DNA of 64,000 bases from contig CM022679.1 in the NCBI GenBank assembly GCA_012295275.1, positions 18,166,001 through 18,230,000 on the forward strand, read 5' to 3'. The translations under genes were made by a program, and so were the position numbers. Positions 63,399 to 64,000 of the stretch are shown piece by piece (the first letter of the stretch is position 1; the number at the start of each line of letters is the position of its first letter). Origin of the DNA: Chrysomallon squamiferum (lineage: Eukaryota > Animalia > Mollusca). The notes below the pieces were generated by a model. It searched no databases, was not told the origin of the DNA, and worked only from the letters and a program-made list of their open reading frames with translations.

Positions 63399-64000
63399 TA
63401 ATTGTGGCAGAATATTAATATTATTTATAATAAACATTGTATATTAACATTTTAATTTTAATGTCTTCATGTTGATGTTTTCTTTTTTGTGGATTATTTC
63501 ATTTTCATCTGATTGATTATATACATACATTGTGTATTTTTACCATCTGACAGGTAGATTCATAATATATAAATTCTTCATAACTAAAGATAATACCAAT
63601 TAAAATTAAACAAAGTCTGAAAAGAAATATTTTTAAATGACTGACACCCAGCATTCTTGTGTGTTGCCATGTAATTGGATATATGTTCATTTAAAACAAG
63701 TACATTTAAAGGGTTCTTAATAACATAGATTTATTAAGATAATTTCTTTTTCTTCTTATCTTGCTTATTTCATTTCTTGCATGGCCCTCAGCGTTTTTAT
63801 TTTTGTTTGATAATACATTAAAATTCAGGTCTGTCAGATGGTGATTTAATGTTGGATAATGCAGCCTTGGGGTCATCTTGTTTAACTGGACCAAACAATA
63901 TATTACCAGACAGTTATTAATGTCAGTATCACATGCTGTCAGAAAATCAGTTACAAAATATTTGAAATCAATTAAATGAAAAGAAATCTATAAAAACAAT

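Overview
AT-rich, microsatellite-rich animal genomic DNA (probably a mollusc, possibly a cephalopod; this is inference from composition and repeat types). It holds four protein-coding genes: an intronless EBP2/EBNA1BP2 (+), a 7-exon ZFAND4 (-), and two tandem 10-coding-exon SLC9B/NHA Na+/H+ antiporter paralogs (+) with identical internal exon sizes. The outstanding structure lies between the two NHA coding regions: a 9.25-kb DNA-transposon-like element (41966-51211) with TAGGTATGTG termini and a 7-bp target duplication (ATATCAG). Most of it is a giant inverted repeat (arms of about 4.35 kb, 336-bp spacer). It carries three transposon ends, a ~195-bp higher-order tandem array and an unrecognised ORF in each arm, an arrangement resembling maize double/sesqui-Ds. 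Smaller perfect hairpins and palindromes (21-bp, 42-bp and ~160-bp stems) and many transposon relics (solo LTR, Sola-like, Ginger2/KRBA2-like with a nested LINE, Academ-like, Tigger/pogo and hAT-like MITEs) fill introns and intergenic DNA. All alignments were done by eye.
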